In this document: in pieces, positions 29,554 through 39,570 of the stretch
Layout of the letters: each line of letters starts with the position of its first letter
How positions within the stretch are numbered: the first letter of the stretch is position 1
Source: a virus
Lineage: Duplodnaviria > Caudoviricetes
Length of the DNA: 64,000 bases
IMG/VR virus record: IMGVR_UViG_3300029288_000115
Location: 1-64,000 of that record
Direction: 5' to 3' (one strand)
Notes under the pieces: generated by a model
What the model was told of the DNA's origin: nothing
The model's database searches: none
What the model saw: the letters and a program-made list of their open reading frames with translations, nothing else
Translations under genes and position numbers: made by a program

Positions 29554-32500
29554 CTAAAGACCACTTATATCGCCATAGCAAAACATTCCGGGGTTGGTCA
29601 CTTTGAATCCAGACGCAGATAAGAAACCTTTCTGTGCGTGCAAATCAGAAGTGATTAAAGTCGGAGTTGCAAATAGCGGAATATCACCTTTGTTACTCTT
29701 GTCCAAAGACAAGGGCTTGGTCATTTCTGCCAAGCTCCCTATGTTGCCATAGGGGTCAGACTGTCCCATTAACTCTATTGAGTTATTCTGATTACAGTCG
29801 TTGAACCTTTCTTGTGTGTGAAATTTTAAAAGCTTTTCTTTTAGCTTTCCAATAGCACGTAATTCCTTTGACCAAACTACCAAACATTCCCAACCAAACT
29901 TTTGAAACATTTGTATTCTACTAATATCCGACCCGAGCTTATGATATTTTTCTCCAAATAACTCAATGAGTTTCTTATTCTTTAAATTTGCAAAATCGGG
30001 CGTTTTATTATCTATTACCACAACCTTCTCAACTACATTTAAAATATACTGTTGTGGTAGCATTTTTTGCAACGTCTTAAATAAAAATATCTCTGCTCCA
30101 TTAGGTCTTCTACTAGCAGATAATATTTGTTTCCTAACCACATCTGGTCTTTTCATGCTATTATTCTTTGATATTTTAGCTCTAACTTCGGGTCTCTTAG
30201 CAGGGTTCTTATTCCCACATAGAGAGGGAACACTTATTCCCATTCTACCTTTAGAGATTAAAGCTCCTCGAATCTTGTTCTTTGCAAGACTTTCTTTTAT
30301 CTTCTGTCTAACCTCTAATCTCTTAGCAGGATTTTTGTCTCCAACCATCTGTCCCTTATTAGAATGAGAATGGCCTTTTACATATAAATTATTTTTAAAA
30401 GCCACCCTCTTGCCACACCCACATTTACATAAGGGTGTACTTCCTACACAAGACTTGGCTGCGGATTGTCCACTTTCAGACTCCAAATCTCTCCAAATCT
30501 CTTTTAAAGAATATTTGGAAATCTTGCGGATGTTCCCGCAATTTACAGAATTTTCATTATCAGTCACCTGATAATGCCGCCTATTCTTATTCGACGGCGC
30601 ATAGATAAACCCAGCCATTAAATAACTGTCACCCTTGAAGCCTAAATAAATTCTATTCGTACTTACAAATGGGTCTTGAATTACAAGTCGTCCATCCAAA
30701 GTACCAATAACAGTAGGTCCAGTTGGGGCAACTTTCCCTAAAGACGAATCCGGCTTAAAATGTGGCTCTAACTGCCTTATAACACGAGCTCCATTATTAC
30801 CACAAATTATAAAGGTTGCCATAGCCCTTAAGGTCTTAGCGAAAATGTTGTTACTACCATACTCAAGTCTGTCAATCAACTCATACTTTTTCCATAACCA
30901 CTCCTGACCAGACCCAACCGTGGCACTCCATGTGCCAAAAGTCGTGGCAGCATTCACACCTTCCGCCGCAGCCGCAATTTGTTCTATCCCATAATGATCA
31001 CAATCTGTTACTTTTAAACCTATATTCCATAGGCGGGTAAGTAATTTCTTCTTACCTCTCTGTATTGCTACAGAGTTCAGACTATCTCTTCATCCATTCT
31101 GGATGGTTGCCGTAGCTTTCCGAGTCACCTCAGAAAACGTAGTCGTTACACCATTTCTGTAAAGGATATCTTCTGTCCAAATCTGAAACTGCATATTATA
31201 CTTCAAAGCATATGCTCTAGCAGCCTCAAACTTTAGAATATTAGATTTTTGATCCAATAGGCTTTTTGGTTTAACTTCAATTAAATATATTAAACCATTA
31301 TTTAAGACAACGAATAAATCGGGCAAATAACGATGAATACTTCCGTCCACTCCTTTATAGACAATTACTAAACTTTCAACAGAAACGCTTACCACATCTC
31401 TACAATCATCTATAAGCAATAAAGCACTCTTCTCATAAGTAGAACGATAATGATGAGTAGTTCCTAACCGGGGTAACATAACTATTCCAGATATCCCAGT
31501 ATAGGATTGGCCCTTATTCTTCAAAATTCTTTTTATAGCACCTTTACTCATATTATTTCTACCTTCTAAACTTGTAATAAGGCCTCTATTTCCTCCATTA
31601 TTACCACGAGCCTTTATTTTTGGATTATTCATTAAAGCCCTCTTAATTGACTGTCTTCTTTCTAAGCTTAAAGGAATTCCCATCAAAGATTTAGAAATCT
31701 TCTCTCTAACTTCTGGTCTCTTAGCAGGATTATTTTCGCCAGAATTACTTTTTCTAATAGCTTCATACCATCTATCGTTATTCTTCTGGCCTTTCCTATT
31801 ATGACCGGAAATAAATCGACGTAAAGAGTTAACTTTACACTCAAAGATTTCCCCACAACTGCATTGACAAAATCTTTGTTCCCTATCAACTCGCCACCAA
31901 TAGTTTCCTTTAACAGTCTGGCTCGGTATAGCCTTTTTCAAGGTGTCCACCGAATTAAGCAACTTTTTCATATTTACATTTCTATAAATCGGAGACCATT
32001 TATTAATCTCGAATTTGATTTCCCCACCAAGATACTTAATCAACTCATCTTCAAGAATCATCCCATGAGCTTTCTCCAAATCAATAGCCGCACCCATAGT
32101 GTATCTTGCACGAAGTGGAAAATCCAAAGCGGTAAGACTCTCAGAACTTAAATCCACATTCACTTCAGGTACACCATTAGTCGCCTTCTCATAATTATAC
32201 TGATAGTCAATAGTCGGGGCAATTGGTGTCGCAGATTCAAAAGTTACGTCAACCACACCAGTTGTGTAGACAATTGTGCCATTAGCACCCGTAGATGAAT
32301 CAGTTACCATATGTCCAGCACCATCATCGGTAAAGGTTTCTACTCCGTCAGTAACAACAGCTGTTCCCGCGATAACTGGAAAATATGTTAAGGTTCGAGT
32401 ATAGTGAGTCGAACCAGCAACTCCCATCGCTTCACCATATACCAATTCTGTTGCGAATCTACGAGAGGCCTGACTACCAGCATGACCCGTCTTAGCACCA

Positions 32501-32910
32501 ATTAAAACAGCGTTCTCGGCCAAAGAGCCTTTAGTCTGACCATATACCAGGTCAAGATAAAAGACAGACCCAACACGTCTATCAAGAGCCTGAACCACAG
32601 CGATATTATTCATAACCAAACTCGGCAATATTGCCGCAATAACTGGCAACTGAACGCCAAGAAAAGTTATATTATCCGCATAGGTCGTTTCAAAGATCTT
32701 ACTCTTTTGCCTCATTCCACCCTCGAGTAGGGCATTCTCCAAACACTGTGCTATGTTTCTTTTTTCATTCACAGATACTTCCCTATTCTCATTTTCCTTC
32801 ACATAGGTTTCAACTGCACCAAGGTAAGGACTCCAATCTTGCATCAGAAGATCTCTACGCTCATTAATAGCCATCAAACGCTTCTCAACTACTTGGTTAA
32901 GTTTACTCAT
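29554..32910 (-). CDS. Major capsid protein (gp23-like), spliced from exons 32910-32006, 31000-30594 and 29684-29554; 480 aa
   Basis: Joining the exons restores EIKFEI-DHYG and FIYAP-YIPL, the conserved gp23-type motifs; total 1443 nt in frame. Confidence 0.9.
29685..30593 (-). mobile_element. Group I intron 2 (909 nt) encoding a NUMOD3-like plus Vsr/DUF559-like endonuclease
   Basis: Exon GCCGU pairs with IGS GCGGC (U-G at the splice site); P AAUUGCGGGAA; Q AAUCCGCAGCCAAG; P7 GACUG/CAGUC; terminal G. Confidence 0.9.
31001..32005 (-). mobile_element. Group I intron 1 (1005 nt) encoding a NUMOD3-like plus TnsA-like PD-(D/E)XK endonuclease in frame with exon 1 (stop at 31090)
   Basis: Exon GAGAU pairs with IGS GUCUC; R AACGACUA; S AAGAGAUAGUC; terminal G; YRSTYE...YLPDL...IEVKP. 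Confidence 0.9.
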
Positions 32911-32937
32911 TAAATATTCACCCCCTTCCTTTGCAGA

Positions 32938-35706
32938 TTATTTGCGACGTCCCATAAGGTGGTAGATTAAATTAAGAATCCTCTCCTCTTCCTTACTAGG
33001 GGCGTCTCTATCCGTTCCGACTTTTACCTCGGATAAGCTGTCAAAGTGTAACGAACTTTCTCTTAAAGCGTCTCGGAACCTTTCAATCAATTCTCCAGCC
33101 TCCTCTTCAGAAGAGCTTTGTTCGAGTAGTGCTCGAACTCTTTCTGATAGATTCAGTCCAGAGAATTCTAGTTTACATTCTATAAACTTTTTAATTAGTT
33201 CTTTCTTATGTTGTTCTTCTGCTTTATCTAAATTAGTTTTTAATAGTATTATATCATTATCTTTAGCCACCAAGGATTCAGAAAGCTTCTTTATTTCTTC
33301 TTTACTGGAAGCCTCAATTTCGTCTAATTGGGTCTTTGACTGATCTAAAAGGTCTTGGTACTCTTTCAACTTTACTGTCATTTCTGCCTCAAATTCATCG
33401 CCTTCTTTATTTAATATGTCATTCTTCTCATTCAAAGTTACCATATCATTAGCATAATTTCTCAAAGTCTCATTATATAACTCTTCCAATTTGACTAAAG
33501 ATTCGCTAGCAATAGCCTCATTAATCTTTAAACTGGTTATTAGCTTTCTTGTCGCAGAAAACGATTTATTCTCTTCAGCAAATCTTTTCTTACTCTCACC
33601 TAATAAACCACGTTTACCCATCTCGTCCTCCAACCACATAAGATATATTACATCCCTTCCACCAAAAGCTTTATCATCGCCAACTATTTTATCATAAGTA
33701 TTATATAACTCCTCTAAGTCCTCATTTGAAAGCCCAATAATGTCTTTTCTAGATAACTGCTCATTTAAAATCTTAAGGCCTTTATCTTTAGTAAATCTTA
33801 TTAAATTAGAATAAATAGTCTCTTCATCTTTTCCTATTTGATCGGCTATAAATTTTTCTGCCTCATCTAAAGGAACTTGTAATTGTGCAATAAGCCTCTT
33901 GCTGGCCAAAGACCGCTTTGATTCATCTAATAGGTCATCAACAGTAAGTGCAGCTAAAGCTCGTAACTGCTCACTTAAAATATGTCCTTTAATAAGCTCT
34001 TTAGTGCCCACACGCTTACTACTTTCGAAGTTTATTCCACCAGCAGACTTTGGTCCAAGTCCTAACTTATATTGTAAATAATTGTCAAGACGACCTAAAA
34101 GTTCATATTGCCCAAATCTCTTTTTACCTAAAAACTTTAACACGGCCTTCTCAAATTTCTCAAAATTCTCTCCCCCATCCAACCAATCCCAATAATCCCG
34201 ACCAGAAAGCTTTATTCCAGTCTTTTTACTCAAAGAAGAAGCCATTTTCTCAAAATATAACTTCTCTTCATCTGATAGGCTACTATAATTTTTATCTTCC
34301 TTGGGGTTTGGTTTGCCTTTCTTAGACTCTTTGATTACGCCAAGGCTCTCAGAGGGTTTCTTTGACTCTCCTAATAGGCTTCTAGCCTTATCATCAATGA
34401 CTACTTTCATATCCTCTGTAGGCTCTATCCTCTCACCCGAGGCATTTTCTACGCCCTCAATTTGAATATCATCAATAAATGTTCTGGTTTCACCAGGCTC
34501 TCCTTCCGGTCCTTCACCATAACGAGTGTCAATATGATATGTCACGTAAACCTCAGCCTTATAGGGCGTCAATAAAGTCTCTCCAGGACTTTCTATATCT
34601 GGCTCTTCCATCTCAAAATCAATAGTCATATACTTATCATAATGGTCTACTCTTTCCTTCAAAGTTTCTTTCTTCTTTGTCTTCTTATTAACATCTTTCA
34701 AATCATCCGCACCCGTTTCCTTAGCAGATCGAAGTTTATACTTTCCAGATCTATTATCCTCTAAAGCCTTATGCTCATATTGAGGATTCGTCTTTTTAAA
34801 GTCACTAAACACTTGCTCATAATTTTCTGAACCAAAGGATTTTTTGTTATTATAACACCATTGCAAAAAAGCCTCAATCTCATCTATTTCATCTATATAG
34901 AGTTCTTCTTGAATCATCGGCAAAAGTTCTTCAGGATTTAATGTTCCAAGACTTCCTGCTGCCTGTTTGATAAGCAAATAATTTCTATCACCTAATAGCT
35001 TCATTTCTTTTATGACTTTATTCTCCTCTTTTTCCTTCTTAATGTTTTCCAAGACAACCTTTGCATCATTACATTTTAAGGATTCTAATATACATATGGC
35101 ATACTTCGAATCAATTTTATTTGATTCCAAACCATTCTTAACTATGCCAACAATATCTCTTTCAACTCTAGCAGGATACACACCAACAGTACTTGGATCA
35201 GCAGTAAAATCAGTCGTTATATACTTATAAGATTCTGGAATGACCTTAAAGTGCTTTCCTAATACTTCATCCTCAGCTTCTTCTAATTCACCTTCGGCAC
35301 GCGTAGAAACTCCAGCCTGACAACCCGCCAATAATAAAGTATTTACTATTCTTCCATAAGGAGTATCCAAAATATCATACTCCTGCATAACCTTCTTTCC
35401 ATCTTCAGTTATCCACATCTTTGTAATTGTATGAGACACCTTCTCAAGATTACTTTGTACGTCATCCTTAGGGTGCTCTGCATGACCAAATAGAGTTCTA
35501 CTTACCATCTTCTCTTGGAGCTCAGTATTTTCCAAAACCTTATCCCAAACCGCACGTTCATAAACCCTTTTATTTGCATTCAACATTCCAATATTACAAA
35601 TGGGGTAACTTACACGACATAACACTCCTGTAGGAAGCTTTGAAGCGTCGCTTTCTACAAGCATAAACTTTCCATCGATTCGTTCATTTAAGTTCTTTAA
35701 AGACAT
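32938..35706 (-). CDS. Prohead protease (gp21-like) fused to internal domains and a C-terminal scaffold-like coiled coil
   Basis: NANKRVY, GHAEHP, VSH, GVSTRAEG, DFTADPS within the first ~180 aa; coiled-coil C-terminus; directly upstream of the capsid gene. Confidence 0.85.
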   Translation of the reverse strand: MSLKNLNERIDGKFMLVESDASKLPTGVLCRVSYPICNIGMLNANKRVYERAVWDKVLENTELQEKMVSRTLFGHAEHPKDDVQSNLEKVSHTITKMWITEDGKKVMQEYDILDTPYGRIVNTLLLAGCQAGVSTRAEGELEEAEDEVLGKHFKVIPESYKYITTDFTADPSTVGVYPARVERDIVGIVKNGLESNKIDSKYAICILESLKCNDAKVVLENIKKEKEENKVIKEMKLLGDRNYLLIKQAAGSLGTLNPEELLPMIQEELYIDEIDEIEAFLQWCYNNKKSFGSENYEQVFSDFKKTNPQYEHKALEDNRSGKYKLRSAKETGADDLKDVNKKTKKKETLKERVDHYDKYMTIDFEMEEPDIESPGETLLTPYKAEVYVTYHIDTRYGEGPEGEPGETRTFIDDIQIEGVENASGERIEPTEDMKVVIDDKARSLLGESKKPSESLGVIKESKKGKPNPKEDKNYSSLSDEEKLYFEKMASSLSKKTGIKLSGRDYWDWLDGGENFEKFEKAVLKFLGKKRFGQYELLGRLDNYLQYKLGLGPKSAGGINFESSKRVGTKELIKGHILSEQLRALAALTVDDLLDESKRSLASKRLIAQLQVPLDEAEKFIADQIGKDEETIYSNLIRFTKDKGLKILNEQLSRKDIIGLSNEDLEELYNTYDKIVGDDKAFGGRDVIYLMWLEDEMGKRGLLGESKKRFAEENKSFSATRKLITSLKINEAIASESLVKLEELYNETLRNYANDMVTLNEKNDILNKEGDEFEAEMTVKLKEYQDLLDQSKTQLDEIEASSKEEIKKLSESLVAKDNDIILLKTNLDKAEEQHKKELIKKFIECKLEFSGLNLSERVRALLEQSSSEEEAGELIERFRDALRESSLHFDSLSEVKVGTDRDAPSKEEERILNLIYHLMGRRK

Positions 35707-35751
35707 TTTTTCTCCTCCTAAAATCTTTCGTCGAGGTGTTTAAAATCTTAA

Positions 35752-36237
35752 CTAAAACTCTGCACTAGCATAAATTTTTCCACCAACTTCACAATACTTT
35801 CTAACGTCTGCTTTTGAAAGTCTTGTTTTATTATTACGGCATTTAAAATCTTTACCTGTTTTTTTTGGGCCACCTTCCAAAGAAATCAATTGATTATAAC
35901 GACAATCAAAATGTCTACCGACTTCTATTGGACCACCAATTAAAGATGTTAATTTATTAACCTGACAATAAAAACTTCCACCAACTTTTCTTGGGCAACC
36001 AGCTAAAGACGTTAGTTGATTATAACTACAATCAAAATACCCACCAACATCTCTAAAGTTAAATGGAATCTTTTTAAGTTCTAACTCACATAAATCAATA
36101 GCCCCACCAACATCATAACTACCATCTGGATTCTTGTGAATGTCTGTTCTTTTTAAGAAGTCAGATACCCAATTCTTAATCAGACCCTCACTTACTACTA
36201 CTTTATTTACCTTATCAAAAAGAGGTTTAAATGACAT
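35752..36237 (-). CDS. Leucine-rich-repeat-like protein
   Basis: Three 21-aa CxxNxLxSLxGxPxxxGxxFx repeats. Confidence 0.7.
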   Translation of the reverse strand: MSFKPLFDKVNKVVVSEGLIKNWVSDFLKRTDIHKNPDGSYDVGGAIDLCELELKKIPFNFRDVGGYFDCSYNQLTSLAGCPRKVGGSFYCQVNKLTSLIGGPIEVGRHFDCRYNQLISLEGGPKKTGKDFKCRNNKTRLSKADVRKYCEVGGKIYASAEF

Positions 36238-36288
36238 TTTTCCTCCTAAATATAATACTCTTTAACTAAGAATCTAAAAGCTTCTTCA

Positions 36289-37395
36289 TTAATATACCGT
36301 ATTCCTTTCGCCACTAATTGGTTTCATACCACACACCAACGTATACGCCTTAATCCCAGAAGCGTTCATATCATATAATCCACGATGTACAGTAGCAGAA
36401 CCTAATAAATTATGAATAGCATCAAATCCCTGATTGATTATATCCATAGAAATACGTCCCATTAAACCCTCATCAGCCACAATAACACAAGCGGCCTCTG
36501 TTGCTGTTTCATAATTCGCAATATCCGCTAGTAGGGTTTTCTTTAAATTATCCTGCAAGGCCTGACTCAATACCAAATTATCTATATTCATAATCCTGTT
36601 GACTCCCATTAAAGCCAATCCCGATGTGCTTAAAACCGTCTTATAATCCTCTTTATCAAAAGACGTATAATTTGATTCCTGCAAGGATAAATAATTAAAG
36701 GTCTGAAACAAAGACGTTATCGTGTCATTAATTGTTATCCAAAACTTTGCAGGTGGAATACCCCTATATAATCTCTCAATCTTGCTATTGTCAATTAAAA
36801 GTACCGGACCAACCTTTGACTCTTTTGCCAATTCAAAGATTAAACCTTGAATAATATCATTGTTCTTCTTAATCACATAACTCTTTAACTCACCTGACGT
36901 TGGTAAGGCCGCAACCACTATAACATCTTTAGCCGGATCTTTATGACCAAGAGCATCCAAATACTTCTTTGCTATTTCAATTAGTGTTAAAAGTCCTCCA
37001 GAGCCAGTTCCACCACCAAATCCAATAGATAATATAATTTTATCAACGGTGCCAAAGACCTCTCTCATCTTATCAAAGATAGCTTGAGCAGCATCTTTGG
37101 TCGCTCGTTCTCCTTTAGCCATATCCTTACCAGAGCCTTCTAAACCACCAATAAATAATTTCTGGACGTCTGGTATGCCTAAAGGTTTTAAATCTGCCAT
37201 TGCCGTATTTAAAGCTAGCGTTTTCTTATAACCTAAATCATAAAAACTCTTTGCCAGTCTACCACCACATTGCCCAGAACCAACCACCCCAAAATCCAAT
37301 GAACCAACATAATCGTTCTTGGCACCAATCTTTGATTCAATCTCTCCAGTTGGTACTTCAAATGCTTCTAATGGAATCTCCGGAATATTCACCAT
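36289..37395 (-). CDS. Tubulin/FtsZ-superfamily GTPase (TubZ/PhuZ/CetZ-like)
   Basis: GSGQCGG, NTA, GSGKD, GGGTGSG signature, IDN, T7-like FDKED. Confidence 0.9.
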   Translation of the reverse strand: MVNIPEIPLEAFEVPTGEIESKIGAKNDYVGSLDFGVVGSGQCGGRLAKSFYDLGYKKTLALNTAMADLKPLGIPDVQKLFIGGLEGSGKDMAKGERATKDAAQAIFDKMREVFGTVDKIILSIGFGGGTGSGGLLTLIEIAKKYLDALGHKDPAKDVIVVAALPTSGELKSYVIKKNNDIIQGLIFELAKESKVGPVLLIDNSKIERLYRGIPPAKFWITINDTITSLFQTFNYLSLQESNYTSFDKEDYKTVLSTSGLALMGVNRIMNIDNLVLSQALQDNLKKTLLADIANYETATEAACVIVADEGLMGRISMDIINQGFDAIHNLLGSATVHRGLYDMNASGIKAYTLVCGMKPISGERNTVY

Positions 37396-37413
37396 AATAG
37401 CCCCCTATTGTTT

Positions 37414-39132
37414 TTATGTGGGTTTCTTATTTTCCTCTAAACTTAAATTATGTTTCTTTGCTAACTCTATAACTAAAGTAGGATTTTTCTCCAATAAATC
37501 TTTTATCTTATCTGTCGTTGAGGCCTTAGGGTTTGGAACTTTTCCTTCGACTTTAACGTCATCTCGTTTGTATAAAAAAGCTAAAGGCATAACATCAAAA
37601 TTTCCTTCGTCTGGAGAATTAATGTCATAGAAATCTAAAACGTTCTCTTGAGTTGCTGAATCCAAGTTATTAAACATAATCTCAAACGTCTCTTCATGTT
37701 GTTCTTTTATAGTGGTCTCCTGGGTAGGTTTTATTTTTTTTTCTTGAGCCTCTATCCAAGCCTTCTGACCATCTATTAGAACTTTTGGGGCATCTAACTC
37801 AATAAGTCGAGCAAGAATATCCTTTGATTTTTTTAATTGAGCAGCTTTTTCTTCAGGGGACTTGCTATCCAAGACCTTTTCTTTCTTGGCCTCTATCGGC
37901 TCTTCTTCTGGTTTCTTTTCTTCCTTTGGCTCTTCCTCTTTAGGGGGTAATTCTTCCTCCTCATCCTTCTTCTCCAAAGCCGGTAGGACGTAATTGTTTA
38001 CTATTTCATATGCAACAGCCTCCACAGGCACATTCTCAAGAGCTCGTAATATGAAGGTTAATAAATCATTAACATCCAACTCATTCTCTTTAGCCGCATA
38101 TAATGTCTCTCCTTCTGCGTTTGTAATCTGTAAATCCTCAATATTGTTTCCATTTCCAAGTATTCTAACTAAATAATAAAACTCATCCTCTTTGTTTCCA
38201 AAATACTCCTTTTCAGGGGTGATTTCCTCCGGTTCCACTTTGGGGGCATCTTCTTCGGGGGGTTCATCTATAGGATCATCTTTAGGTTCATCCTCAATTT
38301 GAACAGGCTCTTCCTCTTGCTCTTTTAGCTTTTTATTATCCTTAATCTCTTCAGGGTCTTCCCCAGGTTTCTTATCAGCCTTATCAGTAGTCTTTGTTTT
38401 TCCTGCCACGACCTTTGGTTCTTCTCCTTGCTGAGGTGGCACCACACCCTTAGAATCATCTTTACTTTCTTTTGGCTGAATCTTACTGGGCTCATCTCCC
38501 TTCTTTTGAGACTTCGTTACTGGAGCATTACCGGGTAGGTTTCCTTTTTGCTTTGGTTCCGTTCCGATTGGAGTATCCTTCGAACCAGATCCAGGCACAT
38601 CAAGATTTGCTAAATCCTTTTCCTTCTCTGCGTCTCTTTGAGATTTCGTAGCAGGAGTTTTCTTTGTTACATCTTCACCTGTCTGCGGTGGTATGTCTTC
38701 TTGCTTAATCACCTCACCAGTCTTACCTATGGCAGTCTTATTTGTAGGGTCATCCCCCTTTTGCGGTGGAATCTTAGGCGTAGCCGGAGTATCATCAGAG
38801 GTCTTCCCCATCTTTGCCTTCTTCGTAGGATCGTCGCCAATTTGAACCTTTGATACTTCTTCTGTAATCTCATCAGCATGAAGCTGTCTTAGCTGCTTAC
38901 TCTTTAATTGCTCATTCAAAGTCTTTACAGATAAAACAAACCTTTCATTTGTAAGATTAACTACGAAGGCTCTATCATTCTTTATCCTCTCAATCGTAAA
39001 AATCAGGATCTTTCCATCTATATCCCTTTTATAAGTTCCACCAGGACGAACCATTTCCCGTAAGTCCCTCTCAGTAAATTCTTCTAAAAGTCCACCCTCT
39101 TTATTTAAGAAATCTCTTATCATCTTAGACAT
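37414..39132 (-). CDS. Large charged low-complexity protein, probably head-internal / prohead core
   Basis: Repeated PPQxG[DE][DE]P units; many LxE sites. Confidence 0.5.
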   Translation of the reverse strand: MSKMIRDFLNKEGGLLEEFTERDLREMVRPGGTYKRDIDGKILIFTIERIKNDRAFVVNLTNERFVLSVKTLNEQLKSKQLRQLHADEITEEVSKVQIGDDPTKKAKMGKTSDDTPATPKIPPQKGDDPTNKTAIGKTGEVIKQEDIPPQTGEDVTKKTPATKSQRDAEKEKDLANLDVPGSGSKDTPIGTEPKQKGNLPGNAPVTKSQKKGDEPSKIQPKESKDDSKGVVPPQQGEEPKVVAGKTKTTDKADKKPGEDPEEIKDNKKLKEQEEEPVQIEDEPKDDPIDEPPEEDAPKVEPEEITPEKEYFGNKEDEFYYLVRILGNGNNIEDLQITNAEGETLYAAKENELDVNDLLTFILRALENVPVEAVAYEIVNNYVLPALEKKDEEEELPPKEEEPKEEKKPEEEPIEAKKEKVLDSKSPEEKAAQLKKSKDILARLIELDAPKVLIDGQKAWIEAQEKKIKPTQETTIKEQHEETFEIMFNNLDSATQENVLDFYDINSPDEGNFDVMPLAFLYKRDDVKVEGKVPNPKASTTDKIKDLLEKNPTLVIELAKKHNLSLEENKKPT

Positions 39133-39150
39133 GATTTTCCTCCTGTTAAA

Positions 39151-39570
39151 TTATTCATCCAAACTGTATATTAATCGACCAAGTTTCTCATAAATCAAAC
39201 CCAATAAGATTGCGTATTCTTTATTACCATTCTCACATTCAATAACAATATGAGTTCCTAAACTAAATATACCCTTTAAGATTTCATATTTACTGCCAAC
39301 CGTATCATTAACTATCTTCTGTAGCGTTTTATAAACAGATTTTGCCTCTAGCTTTTCAGTTAACGTCTGCAATAAATCCATATCAGACGGAAGTTTCTTT
39401 AATTCAATCCAAGCAGAGTCGTTATCTCCAGCCTCAAAGTACCTCTGAGCCGCATCAACGAAGTCTCGGTATCGATTATTATGACTAAAAAATCTATGGG
39501 CGTCATCCAATCGTTTGAGTAACTCCGCATCAATGACTTCACTTGTATTACAAATCTTATTTGAATTCAT
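39151..39570 (-). CDS. Hypothetical protein
   Basis: ORF track. Confidence 0.4.
   Translation of the reverse strand: MNSNKICNTSEVIDAELLKRLDDAHRFFSHNNRYRDFVDAAQRYFEAGDNDSAWIELKKLPSDMDLLQTLTEKLEAKSVYKTLQKIVNDTVGSKYEILKGIFSLGTHIVIECENGNKEYAILLGLIYEKLGRLIYSLDE

Noticed and set aside
29685-30593. In-frame insertion in the capsid ORF read as an intein
   Set aside because: No Cys1, TxxH or His-Asn intein motifs; clear group I P1, P, Q, P7 and terminal G elements instead
38330-38850. DNA-level tandem repeat array in the 572-aa gene
   Set aside because: The repeats are degenerate and visible only at the protein level (PPQxGDDP-like); treated as low-complexity coding sequence
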